From Psammoneis japonica (taxonomy: Eukaryota): 64,000 bases of DNA. The notes beneath the pieces were generated by a model, which ran no database searches, was not told the DNA's origin, and saw only the letters and a list, made by a program, of their open reading frames with translations. Positions 10,900 to 24,119 of this stretch are shown one piece after another; the stretch's first letter is position 1, and each line of letters starts with the position of its first letter. The position numbers and the translations under genes were made by a program. Location: contig QPGO01000063.1 in NCBI GenBank assembly GCA_008632985.1, positions 310,001 to 374,000 of the forward strand. Reading direction: 5' to 3'.

Positions 10900-13800
10900 A
10901 CAACAATTGCAACAGCAGGCAATGTCAAAAAGGAAAGAAGGGCAGCCAGTTCAATGTGTTTTGATGAATGAATCCAAACAAAATGTCCACAAGTGTCAGA
11001 CAGCACTGTGGGGCAGCCAATTTCACAAGACAAATGAAACAATTTGAGCCGTAGCCACGATCAACACCATCGCAACGAGTGATGAGTTGCCAGATTTCAA
11101 AACAGTCAAGCAAGCTGTGACATGTGTGAGTGACAAGGGAAGCCACCATGGGCATTTTTTTTCAGAATGTCTGTGTGGTCCAATGTGCGCATTCCCGGAA
11201 ATCCACACTGTGCATCAAACTCAAAGGTTCTCCCCAGTTGACGTGTGGAGGCATGCTCCACCTCATCTTCTCCAAGGCAAAGATTCTTTAAGAAGATGCA
11301 GGAATGCATTGCCTTTGTCATCAATGTGCCCTTTGCAACCACATTGTCCTTCACGAGCTGGAAGTGGGTCTTCACCATTGAATCTTTGCAATTTCAATCG
11401 ATGGCATGCTTGAGTTTCCTGGCATGTGACTCTGTTGTCAGGACTGTCTTCAAAATCCATGCTGGAGCACACCAGTGGTTGCATTGCACCCCATTTTTTG
11501 GCTTGCAGGATGTCATTGAAAATGGAGCAGACAAGTTTGTGATCTTCCCTTCATGGCTTGTGATTGCAATTGAATGCAGCACAGTGCAGGCATCCCCCGA
11601 GCTCATCACCATGTGTTCTGATTGGTTCTTTGTGCAAAGCTTCATGGTCCAATGGGCACAATGAGCATGCACACCCCACTTTGCCATCACCATGGAGTTC
11701 CAACCACTGGTCATGCATCTCTTTGTCCAACTTCTTTGAGTGCTCCTCTTGTCTCTTTGCTCCTCTCTGCAGGCATTCTTGGAGGTGAGTTGGACAATGG
11801 GGCACATGCTTTTCCACAGTGTGCTCACCATGAATGTTGCAGCAGCACCTTTGAATCATCTGCTTTGGAGGAAAAACTTCAGAGCATTCTTTGCAAAGAG
11901 CTTGCATTTTGGGATTGATCAGAGTGTTGGGCATTCCCAGTGAGTGCTGGTGTGGGTCCTGCCTTGCATTCTGTGACAGTCACAATTGCTGTGGTGAGTC
12001 CCATCCTTTTTCTTAGAAAAATTGGAGCTCTTCCTTCAAGGCATCTGGAACAACTTGACGGCAGATTTCCCATTTCATGGTCATCCCTCACATTTCTTCT
12101 CCTCTCTTTTGTTGCTCTGCTCTGTTTCTTCTCTCCTCTCTGATTGCATTTTGTGCCCACGTTGCATGGCAGGACATGTGTTTGCATGAATCCCTCTGGG
12201 AGGACGAGTTTTTGTGGGGATGTCAACTTTTCAAATGTGCTCATCTGCCTGTCAACATTTGTGCAGTGACATGACACACCACCCTCCCAGATGGTGGGAG
12301 ACATTTCCATGTCATGCCAGCATGTCACAGGCCCACCCCAGCCAACCCTTTTATGCTCAACTGCAGGAACACATGCAATGATGATTTGAAATCAAAAACC
12401 ACCATTTTCGGTGGCATGCCAACTTGCTTGCATCATCAAGCCTCTTCAGTTGAACCCAACATTGTGTCATTCTTCAGCACTCATTGTTTTTGCCATGGCG
12501 CACTCCTTTTTTGATTCGGACTTGGACAATGACTCCATTGGCTCAGATGAATTTAGGCATTGTCCCAGCAATGACAATGAGGACATCTCTAACATGCCGT
12601 CACTCACTGCACGGCAGCCCAATCTCAATGTGTCGGATGATGAAGATGACAACAATGTGACAAACCCACACTGGCCACTGCCACCAATGCACATTGCACA
12701 GCTGTTGCTGCTGCTGCTTTGTGTCAGGATGAAGCCAACAAAGAAAACCCTCATGATCACACAGGAGATGGCTGGCATCAAAATGGTGGTGACAATTTTG
12801 ATGCACAAGAGGAAGAGAAGGAGGACAACAATGCCCTGCTGTGTGACTGCACTGGCCTGCACAACATGCTTGGTGTTGTTGACATGGCATTTTTGGGGTT
12901 GGAGTCAGAGTGGAAAAGCCCTGTCATCATGCCCATTTCCATTTCAGTTGCCAAGGGAATCCCACCATCCCATTTTGTGGAAGATGACATCGCTGAGCAT
13001 TTGGGCAGCAGCTTGCAGGCAAATCTGCACAAAGGTGCTCTCACTCATTTTGACACTTTGAAACACCCCCTCCACCACCACACTGGCCAAGGGCTGCAGC
13101 AATGCCAAATCAAAAAACAGCGTGTTGTGTGCAGACCTCCAATTGCTTGGCCATGCTTCAGGATTTGAAACAAAAGCCAACAGCTCCAGCCTCATCCTTT
13201 GAAAATCCCATCTCAAGCACACTCATGACAAAGACCAGACTCTTCACCAGCAAGTTCTCTTGGGAACTTGAATGACTTCAAAGTCTCGACACTGGGTGAG
13301 GAGCTTGTGCTCATGTCAACCTTCATGTTCACATGCCAAGCTGTCTCGTTCAATTCCAGCAATTCACAAGGGAATCTGTTGACAACACATTCAAGCATTC
13401 TGGCATTGTCTTGTCCAGGCAAATGAACAGCAAGAGCCTTCATGCCAATGCACTCAAACAAGGGAGCATCCTCAAAAATGGCATCTCAAAACTCTCGCTC
13501 TTTGTGGTTGTCTTGTCTTGCTTCTTCTCCCTGACAAATGTGAGACTCAAAGTGTCTCTCTCTGGAGTGCTCTGCCAAGCTGTGTGGAGTAAAAGATCAC
13601 AAGCTCATGGTGCTGCATGTGCAGTGAGGAGCAAGCAAGTTGCTGGGAAAGTGTGAGGAACACAAGGCTTGTCAGCTGTTGCAAGGACACATTGTGTGCA
13701 CATTTGAAGCAACACAAAAAAGCTGTGAAAGTGTGTGGCACGCAAGTTTGTCTCCAACAAGTCATTTGATTGACACTTTGAAGTCTTCAATTGCAAGGTT

Positions 13801-16800
13801 TTTGCCCACAGAAGAAACATCAAATGCCCAAAATGCAGCAAACTGACAAATGTGCTAAAACAGAAGCCCTGCACTTCATTGATGCTCAGACTTGCTTGTT
13901 GTTGACATGATCTCTGGATCAGCAGCAGATTGTGCTCAGGACAGGCCCTCCTCCTTCCAGCAGCTCAGCATGCTGATGCCACTTGTTCTTGTTCCACACA
14001 AACAAAAAAGAGCTTCAATTCTGGGGAGCTGTTTCATCAAGATTGGCACCCAATTTTGGTTGGCTTCAAGCTGCAAAGCTGCATTGTGGCATGCAATGGG
14101 GAGTGAACCTGCCCCCGCACTCACAAATCTGCCCTGCTGGATTTGACAGATGAAGGCAGCAGTGAATGAAGAGGATCCAAGAGGACAGCTTCCACCTGCA
14201 ATGGCTCTTGTCAAAAAACAATGGCTTCAGCCACCGGATCAATCGGCGGATGAGTTTTGGGTCACAGCAAGAGCCACTTTGGTTGCTCTGAGAGGTTTGC
14301 TTCTGTGGCAATTCAGACCACAACCGATTCTCCTGTCCAACAATGTTGCAAGAGCTTGTGCAAACAACCTGCTGGCATGAGTGGACGAGGCATGCTGAAA
14401 CTAGCTACACTGCAGGTGTGCACATTCCAGCTCTGGCAGTGGCAGCTCTCAAATTGTCAGTTTCACACTGCAGCAGTTAAGGCCTCAAAACGCCTTCAAA
14501 ATCACTGTCGTTGCATCACAAGAGTGTGAAAAGGATGGCAACCAACACGTCACGAACATTCAGACACCATCTCTAGACATGAATGTTCCTGTTCCTTCCC
14601 AAAAGATTGGCGACAAAGGATTTGCCAACCATTCAGATGTTGGTGCACCGGCATGATCAATCGTGCAAGAAGCATCGTGACCTGTTCTCCCAGTGCCATT
14701 CTGCCATTCCGACCAAGCTTTGTAAAACTTCCACAGAGCACAGGTCAAACAATTGAACAGATCATCACATGAATGATCTAGAGTTCAATGCTGCTTTCAA
14801 AGTGGAGAGAATCCAAGGAACCCTGGTTGCCACGGAAGCTTTGTTTCTTGCTCAGCCCATCAGTTCTTGAAAAGATTCTCACATCCAGGCTTGACTGGGG
14901 CCACCCAGCTCTCTTTGGATGCACCCAGCACAGCTGGGGACACAGAGCTTAGTCTCTGGTGCAATTCTCTGTGGCTGTCGAGTTGTCTCCACACAAAGCT
15001 TCAATGCACTGTTGCAGCCAGGGCACTTGGCATTTTGACTCTTGTTCTGTGGCAGAAGCATTGAGAGTTGAGTGCCAGATGAGCAAAGAGCACAAGACAT
15101 GGAAAAAGGGAGCACACAAAGCAGCTTGCAGTGTGCTTTTTCTGGTGGCAGCAATCTTTGTGTGTGCAGGTGTGCATGTGTTTTATGACTGATGCACATT
15201 TTTGCAAAAATCAATGCTGCATCCACAACAAGCCAAAGGCCCCCCACCCAAACACCCCGGGTGCTGTTGCATCAATCAGATCTCAGCAAGTTTGATGGAA
15301 ATGAGATGTGGGTTCATGGCCACACATCATGCCAAATGTTGAAATGGGCTGTGGCTTGGCATGGCATGACTGCAGCATTGGAGATCAAACATGAATTTCA
15401 AACTGCCAGCTGATTTCCAGGGGGGCATCTTCCAAAATGCCAAGTCCACATCAACCCCTGTTGTGTTGCCCAACATGCCCAAGACAACAACAGCTTGTCC
15501 ATGAGCCATTCAATGTGCTGACAGTTGAGCCGGCTACTCTGTGTGCACATGGTTGTTTCAGCTGTTTGCCATCATTCTTGTTTGACAGCAACAACTTGCC
15601 ACTGCATCATGTGGTGTGATGGCCACCCTGTGCTGCACAAAAATGGCATCACCCCCAATGAAAGCAATCAGGCAATGACACAATTCTGTCATGGCCAACA
15701 AAGTGCATGCCAAACCATGCTTTCAGACTTCCAAGTGGCAGAGCGGGCTTGCAGTGTGGCTCAGAAAGCCTTTGTGAATCACAAAATTCTCCAGTGAAAG
15801 AATTCACAACCTTGGAGGAAGAAAAAATGCCAATTGGACCCGGTGCAATGATGTCAATTCTTGCAAGAGAGATTGTGAGATGCTTCATGAAAAGCTGCAA
15901 GCAAAGGAGATGGTTGTGGCTGCTTTGATGAGCCAATGCATTGAAAAGCTGAGAAAGTGAGACAAGCTGCTTACAGAGCTCAATGTGCCAAAGAGGAACA
16001 TGGTCAACATTTTTCACTGAATCAAAGTGTTGGAAGAGTTGTTTGTCAGTGCCAAGCATTTGGTCAATGTGCAGCTCAAATTCCTCCTGAAGATCATGGT
16101 CACCTGTGCCATGCAACAATCATGATGGGAGCATGTGGAGTCATCATTGCCACAGTCATGTCACTGTAAAGCCCTGGGTGGCCCTTCTCCCCATGAAATG
16201 CTGCTTGCAAAATGCCACAATTCTCAACTGTGGCAATGAGTTTGACAACTGTGCAGTGTTTGCAATGCCAGTCAGAGAGTGCCTGCAACAACAGCAATGA
16301 TCACCTGGCAAGACAAAAAAACGGCACTGCCACAAACTTCTCACACAGGTTCAAGGAGAGCACCATTGGTCTCAGATGATTTTGACAGCTCATGCCTTCC
16401 TTGTGAGGCAAGCTTCCCCATTGAAACAACTGAAAAGTGCCACAACAAGGGAAACTCTTGCCATTTCATGAGTGCAGAATCTGGCACAAAGAGGCCCTCT
16501 TTGCAGCCTGGCTTCATTTTTGTCCCTGGCAATGTCTGGTGGCCTGGGGGTTTGTCACAAGCATCTTCACAAGTTTGGCTTTGGAGGGTGTGGTGCTGCA
16601 GAGACAGTGTGGTGTGACATGAGTGATCAGGACAAACTTCGGGTGGGTGGGACAAACAAACAATGTGCCAGGACCTCTGCACCTGACATCTGCACAATGA
16701 CCAATTTTTTTGCATTGCTTGGCAAAACACCTGCACGCACCTCATCAACTTTTTGAAGACAAGCTGTGCTCATTGCCAACAAATTTGGGTTGAATTGATC

Positions 16801-17270
16801 TGGACAAAGCTCAAATTCCTGTGACATTGCAAGGCACATGGCACAATTGTGCACACCTTGGTTCATCACTCAATTGTGCTGTTTTGCCCCAGATGGGGAC
16901 AAGATCATGAAGCCCACTCATGGCTGCCACTCCTTTTGTCACCGTGCTCCAAGCAACTTCTGGCTGCTGGTCCTTGCCCCACCTGGCTTTGTCTGTCAGG
17001 CAGCACGCCCATCTCAAAGTTGCTTTCCAGCTGATCTTGAGGTCCTTGCTGTCTGTCTCATTTGCATCTCCCTCCTCATCTTGAGGTTCTTGCTGTCTGT
17101 CTCATTTGCACCACCCTCCTCAGTTTGTGATTGAGTTTCCTGTGCAACTCATCATCATCAATGTCAGAGGGGCCAGGGATTGCTTGGGGTGCAGCCTCTT
17201 TGACAGGTTGGGTTGGTCTGCCCTCATCCACCCAGGTTGCTTGGGGGGTTTGCTGACTTTCAACTGCTCT
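10900..17270. other. Heavily eroded TpA- and CpG-depleted relic sequence, family not assignable by eye
   Basis: Only one TA in 13201-13800. Fragmentary protein-like stretches occur on both strands. Confidence 0.6.
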
Positions 17271-17274
17271 GGTG

Positions 17275-18330
17275 CCCCATGTGTGCACTGGGCGCTGAAA
17301 AGAAGATGTGTCACGACCTTGTCGTTGTGAAAATTGTGAGCTAGTTTAGAGCAGAGAAAGTGGGATCGTGCGAATGGGGAATCTTGCCAAATCCCCATTC
17401 GTTCGCATTTGGATCGTATCAAATCGATCGTGTGTTTGCATTGTGGATCGTGCGAATCAAGCCATCACGCGCTGTGCACGAGTGATGTCATCGTGTGGAA
17501 TCACGCCACCATCGTGGGCCAGACGACGGGCTAGTGTGCTTCACACGGATGCTCTCTTAGCATCCTCCTGGAATTTCCTAAGACCTAGAGCCATGCCCTC
17601 CTGTGGTCGTGCTTCCCAGGTGCGTGTTGACAACACTGCGTTGTCATGCACAAGAGGCTCATGCACGGTCTCACCATGTTGTCCAGCAGCGAGGCATGCT
17701 GCACACTCCCCCATGATCAGGGCCGTCAAGTGACAGGATGTCTTGCTGGTGACAGGGTGCAATCTGCCGTAGATTGTGCGCATCTGTCAGCGCTCCATTC
17801 TGGGTGCGCAACGTGCCGTTGTCATGTGCACGGACAACTCTGGCGGGTCCTGCATGGCTGTCAGAACTGCATTTAGAGGATTGCTCCTGTTTGACAAGTG
17901 CCAATTGCCCTGCGGCACATTGATGCTCCTTGCGTTTCTGATTTTCACGCTTGTCATTCAAGTGGACAAGCTTCTGCTTTCTGGTTTCTGTGCACTTCCA
18001 CTCAGCACGATGGGCAACAGATGAAACCGCATCGCGTCAGGATGCTAAGAGAGCATCCGTGTGAAGCACACTGGCCCGTCGTCTGGCCCACGATGGCAGC
18101 GTGATTCCACACGATGACATCACTCGTGCATGGCGCGTGATGGCTTGATTCGCACGATCCACAATGCGAGTGCACGATCAATTTGATGTGATCCAAATGC
18201 GAAGAAACAGGGATTTGGCAAGATTCCCTGTTCGCACGATCCCACTTTCTCTGCTCTAAACTGGCTCACAATTTTCACAACGACAAGGTCGTAACACATC
18301 TTCTTTTCAGCGCCTGGCACACACACAGGG
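17275..18330. mobile_element. MITE family B with about 290-bp TIRs; TA TSD mutated to TG (left) and CA (right); Tc1/mariner-like
   Basis: 17275-17566 is the reverse complement of about 18040-18330. Flanks are TG (17273-74) and CA (18331-32). Confidence 0.85.
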
Positions 18331-18393
18331 CACAGCAACATTGCTCCCGCATGTTGTGCGAGGTGACGAAATCTGCAGAAACGAAACTACAAA

Positions 18394-19470
18394 ATGTTGG
18401 CAGGACCAACAAATCTCAAAACGACCATGAAGAAGCGGATTGAGCCGCCGATTCCGTTCGCACGGCCGGAGAAGAAAGAGCTGCAGCAGGGTGAGCACCA
18501 GACGTTCAAACTGCGCAACAACCCCACTGATCCGGATGGTCCAACGCACGAGATGGGCATCCCACACCTTTCTGCGGCTACATGCGAGACACTCCCAATC
18601 TTTCTGCGCAACGTGGATCGCGTGCACAAAGGACAAAACATGACGACCGGGCCAGCGAAATTTGCCCTTGTGCGTGACCTGTTACAGGGCGATGCTCTGA
18701 CGTCATTCAACAATGCCGCTGACAAGCAGGCATCCCAAACCAATGCTGCGTGCGCAGCATGCGTCGCGAAGCTAAAGGAAAGTGTCTTCCCACATGGGGC
18801 GGTGCCATTGCAGAAGCGTCATCTGAGGCGCTTCATGCGCAAGCCCGCAGAGGTTTCTGCTCATGACTGTGTCACGAGGGCTGTTGAAATTAACGGCCAC
18901 ATCTCTCAGTTTCCACCCGTGACGGAGGATGGAGAAGCACCGGCACCATTGCCCAATGACGAACCATGCGACATGTTCGAGTGCGGTGTGCCGAACGCAT
19001 GGCAGAAGTTCATGATGTTACAGAATTTTGACCCGTTGGCACATGCCATCGCCGAATTTGCACAGTTCTGCAAGTGCATCGAGCAGGTCGAGCTTGCCGA
19101 AGGTGACCTGGACCAACACACTAAGATTCCACGCAAGCGGGGACGTAGAACGGACAATCCTGAGTCGTTGATCACGACCCAACGGAACACCCAGAAGTCG
19201 TGCATGCCACACGGGACCAACTGTGGACATCACACGGAGGATTGCCGTCAGCTCAAGCACCACGTGAAACGTGTCAAGACTGGACATTCCAATGACGGAG
19301 GCAGCAAGCCCAATGCAAAACCTCAGAATGAGGAAGACATTGGTGCTCTCATCGGATCAAAGGTCGAGGAGTTCTGTGCCAACGCTCAGAAAAAGCGCAA
19401 GGCACGCGAGGAGGAGCTCAATCACTTCCGCGACCTCAACTCAAGTGATTCCGAAGATTCGGACACCTGA
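18394..19470 (+). pseudogene. gag: gag of second Ty3/gypsy
   Basis: 358-aa ORF with CHHC knuckle CMPHGTNCGHHTEDC and no Tyr residues. Confidence 0.8.
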
Positions 19471-22100
19471 GAAGGGGGCCGACATGACACAGGTGGTTTT
19501 GGGCACATTGGGTGAATGCACTGATGAACAATTGAATTGCCATCGTACACGTGTTGTAGGCCAATCCCGCAAACGAGTTAAAAAGACTCATCTTGCTCCA
19601 ATCTTGTTTGTGGCTGTGAACACCAAACATGGCAAGGGCAAGACTCAAACCATCAAGGCACTGCCAGACAGTGGCGCCAGCAGCACTGTGCTTGACAGTC
19701 GATGCTGCAAGCATTTGCGAAGCCGTCCAACGGCTGAGACAAACTGGGCCATGGCAGCAGGCTCGTTCAGCACGTCTGACGACTGTGCCGTTAAATTTCG
19801 GTCACCAGAATTGTCCGAAACTGCAGAACCAAGGTGGTGCAGGTACAAAAGTGGGCCAGATTCTGCGCACGTAGAGACTGGCATGTTTTCTACACAAATC
19901 GCCAAAGTCGGCTCGCCAACTTGAACCCTCTCCAGGACGATGGAAACTTGGACATTTCACGTGACAAAGTGTTTGGACCACCCAGTTGCACTTCCCTCGA
20001 CTTGTTTGTGAAGAGAAGTCACAAGTTTCCATGGGTTTCTTGTTTTGCACTGCTCTTCAAAACTTGAACGTCGCGATTTCGGCACCTTTCTGATTAGATT
20101 CGTTGCACATCCTCAGAAACCTGTGAAAACTTGTAACTTCTCTCCCTGGGCAAGTCGAGGAGAGTGTAATGAGCAGGTCGAAACACTTTGTCATGTGAAA
20201 TGTCCAAGTTTCCATCATCCTGGAGAGGGTTCAAGTTGGCGAGCCGACTTTTGTGATTTGTGTAGAAAACATGCCAAGCTCTACGTGTGTAGAATCTGGC
20301 CCACTTTTGTGCCTGCACCACCTCAAACATGCCGTCCACGCACACAACGGAAAGTTGGGCAAGTGCAACATGATCATTGGACGCGACATTCTGGAGACAC
20401 AAGGCATTGACATTGTCTTCTCTAAACAGTTGACAGAGTGGCCATCAGTCAATGGAGAAGTGCCAATGAAGCACACGGATGCTGCGGTAGAAACCTCCTT
20501 CTATCTTCAAGATCCAGAAGCCTTGTCTTCAGAAACCGACCGGATTTCACGCATTTCAGATGCTGAGCACGCGCCTGCCTGCCTCGAGGACATAACACAA
20601 GGGACAGCGGGACTTTCTAAAGTTCAACAAAATGACCTTTTGGCACCATTGAAGCGCCACGAGTCCTCATTTGATGGGACATTGGGAGAATGGAAGGGAG
20701 AACCCCACCATGTCCAACTCAAGAACCATGCCACGCTCATCCGCATGAAGTGCCTCGTGCGTGCGAAGCTGTGATGCACTGTGCAAAGAATTGGAATGCC
20801 TGGTGCGTGTCGGTGTTCTCAAACGCGTCAACCGATCCCAGTGGGCAGCTCCATCATTTGTCACACCGAAGAAAGATTTGACGGCATGCTTTGTCATTGA
20901 TGATTTGAGAGAGCTGAATAAACGGATCAAGCGATCACCTTATCCGATTCCTCACATCCAAGACATGCTACTTAGGCTCGAAGGCTTTATGTGGGCCACA
21001 TCGCTGGATTTAAACATGGGCTATTATCATATCCGATTGGATGCTGATAGCAAGAAGCTCTGCACGCTCATCTTCCATTGGGGCAAGTATGAGATGCAGG
21101 TATTGCCCATGGGATTATGTAATTCGCCAGACATTTTCCAAGAACGCATGTCAGGCTTATTTGAAGATCTATCGTTCGTTCGAACGTACTTAGATGACCT
21201 TCTCGTCGTGACGAAAGGCACCTATGAAGATCACCTCAACAAACTTGAAGAAGTTTTATTGAGGGTCCAGAAAGCAGGACTAAAAGTTAACGCAATTAAA
21301 TCTCATTTCTGTCAACCCCAATTAAAATACTTGGGTTATCTGGTCAACAGAGACGTAATACGACCAATACCTAATAAAGTCGACGCCATTAAGCGAATCG
21401 CGACCCCAACCAATAAACGCGACCTACGGTCATTTATTGGTATGGTGAACTACTACCGTGACGCGTGGATTAGACGTTCTGAAGTCTTGGCTCCGCTAAC
21501 ACGACTCGTAAGCGAGACTGTTAAGTGGGAGTGGACGTCCGTTGAAGACGAGGCGTTCGAAACCGTTAAACGGGTGATATCGGATGATGTTTTATTATCA
21601 CATCCTGATTTTAATAAACCCTTTGAGATACATACCGATGCCTCTAAATATCAATTGGGAGCAGTTATATCCCAATATAATAAACCTATCGCCTTTTATA
21701 GCAGAAAGCTTAACAGTGCGCAATTAAATTATACAACAACGTAGAGAGAATTGCTCGCCATTGTGGAGACGTTGAAAGAATTTCGAACGATTCTCCTCGG
21801 TCATCGTATACTTATATATACTGATCATAAAAATCTTACGTACAGAGTATTCAATACCGAGCGCGTTATGCGCTGGCGGTTAACATGCGAAGAATACGGT
21901 CCCAAATTACGCTATGTTAAGGGTACCCATGACCTAGTCGCTGACGCTCTTAGTCGCCTTCGGCTAGCACCCAGCTTGCCTTCCGAGGCCAATCCGGATG
22001 TAAAAGACACTCCATCAAGTCGTCCTTTGCATGAAGCTTTTAATGCAGATGCGCAAGACGATGCATCTCTGCCTGTTGGCTTCAAGTGCATTCAAAAAGA
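19471..22100 (+). pseudogene. pol: pol of second Ty3/gypsy (MITE insertion, frameshift near 20750, TAG at 21742-21744)
   Basis: LDLNMGYYHI, LPMGLCNSP, YLDD, LGYLV, AFYSRKL, NYTTT*RELLAIVE, YTDHKNL and VADALSRL. Confidence 0.92.
19833..20322. mobile_element. MITE family C (about 490 bp, long TIRs GGTGGTGCAGG...), possibly PIF/Harbinger-like
   Basis: The arms are reverse complements over more than 140 bp. Removing 493 bp restores the protease frame, consistent with a 3-bp TWA-like TSD now reading CAA/TCA. Confidence 0.85.
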
Positions 22101-22500
22101 AGATGTGCTGCGACCTTGTCGTTGTGAAAATTGTGAGCCAGTTTAGAGCAGAGAAAGTGGGATCGTGCGAACAGGGAATCTTGCCAAATCCCCATTCGTT
22201 TGCATTTGGATCGTGTCAAATCGATCGTGCATTCGCATTGTGGATCCTGCGAATCAAGCCATCACGCGCCATGCACGAGTGATGTCATCGTGTGGAATCA
22301 CGCTGCCATCGTGGGCCAGACGACGGGCCAGTGTGCTTCACACGGATGCTCTCTTGGCATCCTTCTGGAATTTCCTAAGACCAGAGCCATGCCCTCCTGT
22401 GGTCGTGCTTCCCAGGCACGTGTCAACAATGCCACGTTGTCACGCACAAGAGGCTCACGCACGGTCTCGCCGTGTTGTCCAGTGGCGAGGCATGCTGCAC
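22095..22500 (+). mobile_element. Truncated copy of MITE family B left arm
   Basis: Aligns to about 17298-17704 and lacks the terminus. Confidence 0.85.
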
Positions 22501-23940
22501 TGGGATCAATGCAGTCAGCACAGTCAGCCCTGATCAGATGCTTTCTAGATGGGAGTGCAAGTGTCACTTCTTTTAGCTTCTGGCATGGCCCACGCACCTT
22601 GTCAGCTTGATCCTGGTGGTGACTTGCCAAATGGCTTGAGGGCATTGTGCTCCAGTCCCCACGGGGGGGAGCAGATTGTGCTGCACGCATGCACAACCCT
22701 GCAGCACACTGGCACATTGAAGATTGCAGCATTTGTTCATTTTCATTGAGGGGGGTCATCCCCGCGTTCATCCTAAAATTGCCGTTGCATTTGAACAAGG
22801 TTTTTTTACAGTGTTCATTTTTGAACACAAGAATCATTCACAGTCACACCCGATCGCGCACGAAAACGAGAACCATCAACACCGCGATCGAAGCACGACA
22901 ATGATGACAATCATCGACATTTCTCAAAAACGCAGTTTGCCGTCTGCCAACTTTTCATGCACGTGCAATCTTTGACACACAACAAACATAAAATAAATGA
23001 GAGTTGGCAGACGGACCACCTCCGTCACAGACTTGTGGCTTGTTGTTTTCACCACCACGGTGAAGCACGGTGAAATTCAGGAAAAATCATGCAAAACAAG
23101 CCATTCGGCCGAATTCGAGCTAAAAAAAGCAGCAACCTGCCACCCTAAGCACAGATGCTTGCAATGATGTGTGCAGCACATTGCAAAGCCGATGCTGGGA
23201 ATGCTCTCTCCACACCACTGCACTGACCTGTGGTGCACTCAAAGCCATGCTTTGGGTGGCAATCCCAAGCTCATTGCAAGCTGGCTTCAGGAGTTTCTGC
23301 CACTCTTGTGCACTGTTTGCATGACCATTTGTGCTCATCTGGGACCTTCTTGCACATGTTGGTCTTCAACTGCTGCAATGCAGCCTGCCCAAATCTCATG
23401 ATGTTTCTTGTCAATCTGTCTGACAACCTCCAACTTGCTGAAGTGGAGCAGCGCTGCATTGAAATTTCTGGGCTCCAGCACCAACCTCTTCTTGTGGAGC
23501 TCTTGAAAGAGTCTTCCACTGTGCTGATTGCTGACCTGGTCATTCTGCCTCCAGCACACATGTGGAGAGTTGTGCAAGAAAGGGCACTCCACCACACACG
23601 TTTCTCTCAAGAAGTTGAAGAAGATTTGCATTGGTTGGCTTGGCAATTGAGTTGACTCTTGCTTTGCACAGCAAACCAAGTCTTTCAGCTGGAAAAGAAC
23701 TCTTTCTTGGTCCAGCCATTTGCAGCACATGCCTGATTCAATTTTTTGCCTCTGCCATGTTGAATCTTTCCTCCTTGCCTCCACTTGCCAGTCATGTTGA
23801 AAAGCAATTGATGAATTGATGCTTGTCATTCATCAGAAAAGTGCTGTTTTGTTTTTGTTGTGGTTTTGTTGCCACGATTTGAACATTGTCACTGATCATG
23901 GTGGCACTGGACACCGGTGCTGGACAGAACCACTGAGATC

Positions 23941-24117
23941 GAACCAGCAAAAGATCCTGTCCGTGTGTGTTGGTTTGTCTGCAAAATCTTTTTTCGCGTG
24001 ATCTGGAGTCTTGCACAATTTTGTGTGACTGACAACTTGTCCCACAATCTGGTTGGGTCAAACAAGTCAAATTTGATGGCTGGATTTCATTCAAATCTCT
24101 GCATCAAAAACACACTC
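23941..24117 (+). repeat. Degenerate duplicate of the RAD52 upstream region (24857-25035)
   Basis: Shared blocks tgtgttggtttgtctgca, caatctggttgggtc and tggatttcattcaaatctc. Derived changes include tttaacgg>tttgatgg and gtcgaacgag>gtcaaacaag. Confidence 0.8.
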
Positions 24118-24119
24118 CT

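Larger units (their letters stand above)
18333..22100 (+). mobile_element. Truncated Ty3/gypsy (gag, PR, RT, RNase H; no LTRs or integrase seen)
   Basis: gag 18394-19470, ALPDSGAS protease, RTYLDD RT, and HTDASKYQLG RNase H. Confidence 0.92.

Noticed and set aside
17270..17285. tggtgccccatgtg resembling a tRNA-Met primer-binding site for the second gypsy
   Set aside because: It is explained as the TSD plus left TIR of MITE B, mirrored at 18315-18333.
17298..22500. Direct repeats 17298-17704 and 22095-22500 as LTRs of the second gypsy
   Set aside because: They are arms of an inverted-repeat MITE, with no TG..CA ends, PPT or TSD, and the integrase is missing.
22940..23014. 13-bp inverted repeat ccgtctgccaact/agttggcagacgg
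   Set aside because: It is too short, has no TSD and no second copy in the window, so it cannot be assigned.
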